Origin: Octopus vulgaris
Lineage: Eukaryota
DNA length: 64,000 bases
Direction: 5' to 3'
Assembly (NCBI GenBank): GCA_951406725.2
Contig: OX597828.1
Location: 62,248,001 to 62,312,000 of the forward strand
The notes under the pieces are model-generated. The model saw only the letters and a list, made by a program, of their open reading frames with translations, made no database searches and had not been told where the DNA came from. The translations under genes and the position numbers were made by a program. This document shows positions 56,647 to 64,000 of this stretch, in pieces. The number at the start of each line of letters is the position of its first letter. Within the stretch, counting starts at the first letter, position 1.

Positions 56647-56950
56647 GGTGAAGGCGCGTGGCTAAGTGGTGAGGGTATTCAGCTGACGATCGTAAGGTCG
56701 TGAGTTCGATTTCCAGCAGCGCCTTATGTCCTTGAGCAATATGTGTTGCTCCAGTCCACTCATCTGGTAAAAACTGGGTTGTACCAGTAATTCAACGGGC
56801 CAGTTTTGTCAGATTCTGTGTCACATTGAATCTCCCTAAGAACTACGTTAAAGGTCTGCGTGTGTGTGGAGTGCTCAGCCACTTGCACGTTAGTTTCACG
56901 AGTGGGCTATTCCGCTGGAATACTCGTCGTTGTAACCGATGGAGTGCTAG
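56647..56950 (+). mobile_element. tRNA-derived SINE related to family C
   Basis: GGCGCGTGGCTAAGTGG A box, GAGTTCGATTTCC B box, TTGCTCCAGTCCACTCA shared with the 11.2 kb copy. Confidence 0.75.
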
Positions 56951-57134
56951 TTAAATTATGTACGCATTAATGAATGAATGTGTATACAGTAAATAAAAAA
57001 CAATAATTCCTACAGCTAAGGCCAGGGAAATCATCATAATTGTGAAGTGCTAGGGAACGCCGTGTCCTAGATGGTTGAATTTCGTCATAGGTTTGAAACG
57101 TAGAGATACAAAACGCAAATATGAAAATTATAAT

Positions 57135-57519
57135 AAGCAAGAGTAATCAGAGAGCGCAAACCTCCGCCAAGGCAACACCAACGTTCTCTTAACGATTAGC
57201 CAGAGATGATTTTTAAAATGAGAATATCTGAAGTAAGCTCAACTGCTCTCACAAACGAGAATGCTAAAAATGAACCCGACCGCTCTCAAAAATTAAGTAA
57301 AAAAAAACAAAACAGGAAACATAATCCAGCATCCTTGTCCAGAACCGGATTGATCCCAGAATCTAATCAGTTCGTGCCAGTCACGAGGCCAAATACACGT
57401 GAAACTTTCATCCGAATCCATCCAACGGTTCTTGAGATATCCTGTCCACAGACAAACAAACAAACAAACAAACACGACTGAAAACAATACCTCCGCCTTC
57501 GCTAAGGCAGAAGTAATAA
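57135..57519 (-). mobile_element. Helentron-associated (DINE-1/HINE-like) non-autonomous element
   Basis: Subterminal ACCTCCGCC repeats, hairpin ACCTCCGCCTT-CGCT-AAGGCAGAAGT, internal (AAAC)n, TT flanks. Confidence 0.7.
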
Positions 57520-58111
57520 AAAGAAATTTATTTCGTTATATTAAGTTTAAAAAGAATAAAATTACTTGAGCTGCATCAAAGTTATTTGAAAATAGCCCAA
57601 AGGTGATATTAACGGATGTAGTCGCTTAACTGTATGAGACAGAGTAAAATAATTGTTTCCTGGAAATATAAATCTTCTAATGAGAACCGTTAGATTCGTC
57701 AACAGAAATATGCTACAGGATCTTGTGTCAAATGTGTGGTTTGCAATAGCAGGAAGGCTTTCGGTAATCTATAACTGTGGTGACGAGAGAGGAGAGGAGG
57801 GGAGAGAGATAAACTCCAGCAAACATGAGCTTACAAAGGCAAATTGATGGTCATCTATGAAACAACATAGATTAAGCTCTGAAAATTTTGCCTGTAAAAA
57901 AAAATTATGTAAAAGAGACATATTCAGTGGTGCTTAAAGGTTTTGCTTGGAGACTTATTCATGGCTCTAAGCGAAATTGGGGAGTCCCACTCAAAACGAA
58001 TTTCACTATAACTTTGGTTCTATTTTTAGTATTGCGTTTCGCATCGGTAAATCCTAAACAGAAATACACACACACACACACATGTATATATGTATGTATA
58101 TATATATATAC

Positions 58112-58200
<89 letters not shown>

Positions 58201-58261
58201 TGTATGTATGTATGTATGTATGTATATGTATATATACATATACGTGTGTGTGTGTGTGTGT

Positions 58262-58368
58262 ATGACGGACTTCCACACAGTTTCCATCTACCAAATCTTC
58301 TCACATGGCATTGGTTGACCTGAGGCTATAGTAGATGACACTTGTTCAAGGTGCCATGCTGTGGGACT
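58262..58368 (-). mobile_element. SINE family A internal fragment
   Basis: AGTCCCACAGCATGGCACCTTGAACAAGTGTC on minus. Confidence 0.65.
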
Positions 58369-58491
58369 AAAATCTCTCTTCTCCCTCTCTCTCTCTCTCT
58401 CTCCCCTCTCTTTCTCTTCTCTCTTCTCTCTCTCTCTCTTTCTTCTCTCTCTCTCTTCCCTCTCTTTCTCTTCTCTCTTCTCTCTCTCTTC

Positions 58492-58555
<64 letters not shown>

Positions 58556-58855
58556 ATAACAATGAAAGAATTAGAAGCATTGATTACTTTTGTGCGTTGA
58601 TTCTTCAAGCCGAATTATTCAGCAGAAGACCTAGGGTTAAACAAAGAATGAGAAGGTTGGATAATATCCATTCATGCTCTGAGTTAGACGCGCTTGGAAA
58701 TTCAGTTGGAAATTTTGAGCACGATTGCTTCGGTTAGGACCATCTGGAGGATGTGCCCGAAGGTTCTACCCGCATCACGACCTGCCAGGTATAGTGGGCA
58801 GTGAAAATGAATGACCGGGTGGTCAGATGACTGGCTGGCTGGCTGGCTGGCTGGT

Positions 58856-58902
<47 letters not shown>

Positions 58903-59099
58903 TTGGCTGGTTGGCTGGTTGGCTGGTTGGCTGGCAGGATGGCTCGCGAGTTGGCCGGATGGATGGATGGATGGATGGATGTATGTTGTATTTGAACTCT
59001 TATCTTTAATTAGTTTTGAGTAAATACAAGGAAAAATTTCATTCTTGTATTTTCAAAATAACTATTTGTGAACATTTTTACAAAGTTATATTTATAAAA

Positions 59100-59703
59100 G
59101 CTGATGTGGCCGTGTGGTGAGAAGTTTGCTTCCGAACCTAATGGTTCTGGGTTCAGTCCCACTGCGTGGAGCCTTGGACAAGTGTCTCCTACTATAGTTG
59201 AAATTTATAGAAAAACAAAAGGTGATGACAGGTTTATGAACAACAAGCAAGTGTATTAGTTTGATGCTCGGGAAAAATGAAAAAGTCTTTTACGTTTCGA
59301 GCCTACGCTCTTCGACAGAAAGGAATAAGAGAAAATAAACAGAGAGAGAATGAAAAAAAAAAAGCTTGTAGATTTCAGCGATCCATCATAGCGTATGTTT
59401 CCTACTATAACCTAGAGCCGACCAAAATCTTGTGAATGGATTTGCTAGACGGAAACAGAAAGCAGCTCGTCGTGTATATATACGCACGCGCGCAAGCGCG
59501 TGTCTCCGCTGCTTGACAACTTGACAACCGATGTTGGTGTGTATACGTCCACGTAATCTAGCGCTCTGCCCAAAGAGACCGATTGATGAAGTATCAGGTT
59601 TAAGAACAAAAAATAATTACTGGAATTGATTCGTTCGACTAAAAATTCCTCAAGGCGGTGCCCCAGCATGGCCGCAGTCTAATGACTGAAAAAAGTAAAA
59701 GAC
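59100..59703 (+). mobile_element. SINE family A interrupted by a 203 bp insertion (59197-59399)
   Basis: The SINE halves are collinear across the insert; TCCTACTATA is duplicated at 59187-59196 and 59400-59409. Confidence 0.85.
59287..59322 (-). ncRNA. Minimal hammerhead motif (A6 mutated) in the inserted element
   Basis: CTTT-CTGTCGA-A-GAGC-GTAG-GCTC-GAAA-CG-TA-AAAG; helices I and II are perfect. Confidence 0.55.
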
Positions 59704-60410
59704 AATAGAGAAATACTCCGAAAATACGCTTCCTCATAAACTCCCACAAACCCACGACCGACGCTGCATACAAGACTCTTAATTAATACCGGATAAAACT
59801 AAATTAACACCTATACTAATTAACATAATTTAGTGTCTACCATTTTAATATATAAAATGCTGCTAGTCTTACCAAAGTGTGATGACCTTTCATGGTGACC
59901 AAGCACATATAACAATGCCAGGATTGTTCTTCAAATGTCAGATATCCACCTGGAGTCAAAAATACACTTTAACTTTTCAACAATCTACGGGTTATTTATA
60001 AAAATATGTAACCCATCACTTGCAGCATTGTGTGTGGGTATGTATATGTTTCTGAACACATTTTATCTTTTGCACAATACATACATATATGCACGCACAC
60101 ACACGTACATGCACACACACAAAACACGCTCTGTCATGTGTTTTTATGTGACTGTATGTTAGTTCTCTGCTTTCTATCTTGAAGGAAAGAGAAAATAGTG
60201 GCTATAGCGAGTGAGGTGAAAGAGGAAAGTATTATTAAGTGAGGTTGATTAGATTGATACCAAAGTGAGAGGCAGAAAAGGGAAGGAAAAGAGGGGTAGA
60301 AGTCAATTATCAATAAAGCAAAGACAGGGTGAAAATAGAGAAGAATGGAAGAAAGCACGAAAAAAATTAAGTGAAGTAGCGAGAGCAAAAGAAAATTTGC
60401 AAATTAATTT

Positions 60411-60547
<137 letters not shown>

Positions 60548-61266
60548 GAATATGGCGGGGGAAAAGAACAGGAACATCTGAACGAAAATGAAGCATGAAG
60601 AAAAGAGAGCAAGTTTTGAAGCAGAAATATCAGGAATTAGTGAATGAGGCAGAAATAAAACCAATCATTTACACACCAGTTAATTTTAATCGTATTTAGT
60701 ATATCAAATGAACCTTGGTGACCCTTCCGTTACAGCCGTGGTGACCCCTCCGTTTTTAGAGAGTGTATCAGGTCATAATGTAACTCAGTTGCATTGTCGG
60801 GCCGCCGGTGACAAAACCGGCAACACCTGCTTGGTGAGGAGTAGGGTGCTGTTTGGCCACCCTGGGGAATGAAAAACAAGATCTGTGAAAAGGGTGTATG
60901 AATGCAGAAGAGTCAAGGTCATCCAATTACCGGATATACATAGATGTGTGAGGATTTCAAAAGATCTAGTTTGGTACTCAGCTGCGTATTTCGCTAACAT
61001 GGGTAGGTCGTATTGTAAGCCGTGGCAGAGGCAAGTAACCCAGGAGATGGGTAACTCTTGTAGAAAATCCCCAATGTATGTTATTCATTGAGTTTGAAGC
61101 AAACATTTGCACCAACTGCCTGCCGCAGCATTTCCAAAAAGTGTGGTTCATCCTACACAAGCCTTCACCACTGAAAACAAATCATCTGCGTAGGGTGTCT
61201 ATCAGCCAAAATATGACTATTAGATCCACGTACGTCGAAATCGGTGATAGACCCCAGTATCTACTA

Positions 61267-61585
61267 GAGTGGTTCTCAACCAATTTTTATATATAGATCC
61301 TTTTGATTACTATTTTAATCTCATGGAGCCCCCCCCCCCCCTGGCCATTCGATGTCCAAAACTAGTTCTATACTTACTTCTCTCAAAATTCCTATTTTGT
61401 TTTTCTCTTGTGTAGGTTCAGCTATGTAAAACATTAGAAAAAAAAACCTTGCTGTTTCTTGCAAGAAATAAACCTAAAGTATAATTTTTTCACGAACCCT
61501 TAAAATACTACTGCGGACCTAGTTTACTATTTTGTTGACCCTAAAAAATTTTATATGGACCACAAGATCTGGTTGGGAACCACTG
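61267..61585. mobile_element. hAT (Charlie-like) MITE
   Basis: TIRs GAGTGGTTCTCAACC / GGTTGGGAACCACTG; decayed 8 bp flanks ATCTACTA / ATTCAGTA. Confidence 0.7.
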
Positions 61586-62026
61586 ATTCAGTACTTCATC
61601 ATCTGGTGCGTCCGCCATTTTTTTTTAAGTTGGTAAAAGGTGATTTGTAAGAGATTCCATTATCATTTCTAACCAAGCGTTCACATAATCTCTCCTGACG
61701 GCCTCAACCTCGTATTGGTTGTTATTTGTATTATTTGCTTTTTATCGTTGTTGTCGGTTTTGTGTTTGTCCTTATTCTCCTTGTGTCCCTTAGTATTCTC
61801 TGTTGAAATACACAATTAATGGAGGTTTGTTTGAAGCATCGCTGCTATCTCCATCAAAAACCAGGTTTTGTAATTCTTCTAATCAAAAGACCGAGTTGTT
61901 ACTTTAAAAACCTGATAGTTGTGCCATAGACGTAACGTATGGCAAGTATCAAAACGCCTATCAGTTTTGTCCTAAATTAAATATATTGAGTCTGTCTGTA
62001 GACGAGCTATATATACACACACATAA

Positions 62027-62069
<43 letters not shown>

Positions 62070-62422
62070 TGTATGTGTGTATGTGTGTATATGTGCATTT
62101 ATGTGCATATGTGTGTATATGCATATCCATGTATGTTTATATATGTACATGTATGTATGTATGTATGTATGTTTTCGTGTGTGAGTGTATGTATATGTGT
62201 GACTGTGTGTATATATGTACATGCGTATGTGGATGTATATATAAATATGTGCGTAAACAGGGAGAGGTAAAAACTGATGTGTGCATGAATGGGAGTATGG
62301 TAAAACAAATACATGTATGTATATGCATACATGTATATTCTTACATGTATGTATGTTTATTTACATGTGTACATTACATACGTATAAATGAGTGGTTATG
62401 TATCTATGTATGTGTGTTTTTA

Positions 62423-62460
<38 letters not shown>

Positions 62461-62533
62461 CACACATACTTAGGCATCAAACATATATGTCTAGATATGT
62501 GTGTATGTAAATATATATAAATATATATATACA

Positions 62534-62595
<62 letters not shown>

Positions 62596-62699
62596 CATAT
62601 ATATACACACATATATATACATACATATACATATACTTATACGCATACATACATATATAGATATATCTGTATACAGTTATATATACATACATTTATATA

Positions 62700-62743
<44 letters not shown>

Positions 62744-63039
62744 AATACATACACACATGCATATATAAATGAAACTAATATATGTATGTGTGTGTGTGTA
62801 TGTATATTACGTATCAGCTCTATTACCAAGTCCTCCCCTACCCCAACAGCACACAAGTTAACCATTTATCTTTCCACCCGCTTCCTCTATCATTTCTTAA
62901 ATTCTCGCACATATTACCATCTTACACAACTCCATTTTATCTTCCACTCCCCCGCTTCCTAGATCTCTTTCTTCAAATTTCTCTCCTTTTTTTTTTAATC
63001 TTTCTATTTTATTTTATTCTGTTTTATTTTTTTAATTAG

Positions 63040-63420
63040 ATTAAGAGTGTTTGTTGGTGAACTAGTTATTTGAGTGGAGGCGTTCGGTGGTGAACTAAAA
63101 TGTTTTCCTGAGCTTTGTTGATGAACCAGAAACCTGAGTGAGGTTGTTTCTCAGTGAGCCAGATAATTTGAGCGGAGATATTTGTTAGTGAACTATTTGA
63201 GTGAAGTTGTTTGTTAACGGACTAAATATTTGAATGAGACTGTTTTTTGGGGAACCAAATATTTGAGTGAAAAACTATTTGAGTCAAGGTTGTTTGTGAA
63301 CTAGATATTTAAGTGATGGTTGTTGTTGGTCAAGACGTCTAGTAAAAACGTTATTCCGGGTGAGTGATTGTTAAGGAATTAAATAATTGAGTGAAGGTGT
63401 TTATTGTTGAACTGCACTTT
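63040..63420 (+). repeat. Degenerate minisatellite (~30-35 bp unit)
   Basis: Recurrent TTTGAGTGAAG-TTGTT..GTGAACTA-like units. Confidence 0.65.
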
Positions 63421-63597
63421 TAACGAAGATGGTAAATGGACCAAACATTTTATCATGTCACAGACGGTCAACGAATTATCCAACAGAGACTGTCAGATTA
63501 TACTAAATATTTTACTAGTCGTATTAGTAAACATATATATTCAACCAAACAAATAGTTTACTGGAAAATGCAGTAACGGTTCGACGGTTTGCGAGAT

Positions 63598-63910
63598 TGG
63601 CCGGACAGCCCGAGATGCGTTCAGACCAACGGAACCATACTCCACGCACTCTTTCAGTCTACGAGCATTGCAGGTTAGTGGAATGATGTCGAAGAATTGT
63701 TGTCGTCTGCCAGATGAAACCGGCTGTCGACTGGGTACATCGCGAGGATCGACTCACTACACAATTTTAACAAAGTATGGCAGACAGTGTTCCTATGTTT
63801 TGTGGCTATGATGAAAGAGGTTGTGCTACGGACGAGGCTGGAACAATTGAGGACAGGCACCTTCCTCGTCAGTCAAGCCCTCGTCGACTTTCTTAAGTTC
63901 CACTTAGGAA
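63598..63910 (+). mobile_element. Old Tx1 ORF2 C-terminal fragment
   Basis: PRCVQTNGTILHALFQ...VFLCFVAMMKEVVLRTRL...FLVSQALVDFLKFHL with stops; homologous to the other Tx1 ends. Confidence 0.7.
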
Positions 63911-64000
63911 GCGGTAGCAGCAGCGGCGATGGTGGTGATGACGAATGAGAGTCATTGAGAATGTCATTAACCTATCTAATTCAGTTTTGGTCCTAATATT

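Noticed and set aside
58560-58800. Unique-looking island as a possible exon
   Set aside because: No convincing open frame bounded by splice sites.
60780-61255. Possible LINE 5' UTR remnant
   Set aside because: Only a vague resemblance, with no diagnostic motif or second copy in the window.
63040-63420. CRISPR-like repeat spacing (also the GGCACGTAAAAAGCACCA repeats at 19.0-19.2 kb)
   Set aside because: Units are degenerate, there are no cas genes, and the context is eukaryotic repeat DNA.

Overview
64 kb of AT-rich eukaryotic intronic or intergenic DNA saturated with microsatellites ((TA)n, (CA)n, (ATGT)n, (GATA)n, (CAT)n, (TTA)n). The repeat landscape and SINE families suggest a coleoid cephalopod such as Octopus (inference). 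No host protein-coding gene is confidently recognisable, and almost all ORF-track entries are translated microsatellites. The real coding remnants are transposons: a near-full ORF2 of a Tx1/L1-clade LINE (39.2-42.5 kb) with several related 3' fragments, three CR1-group fragments, an RTE fragment with three C2H2 fingers, a TIR-complete mariner and a deleted DD37D/maT-like element. Non-coding mobile elements include Helitron/Helentron derivatives, a hAT MITE and many tRNA-derived SINEs. Most notable: (1) about ten short non-coding elements carrying hammerhead-ribozyme cores, several as fold-back inverted repeats that break at the CTGANGA box (Penelope pLTR/retrozyme-like); (2) Tx1 LINEs stacked inside (GATA)n, with a sister lineage inside (TAA)n, suggesting microsatellite-specific targeting; (3) SINE families whose 3' tails match the local Tx1 and CR1 LINE 3' ends. 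All structures were read by eye and coordinates are approximate to a few bases.
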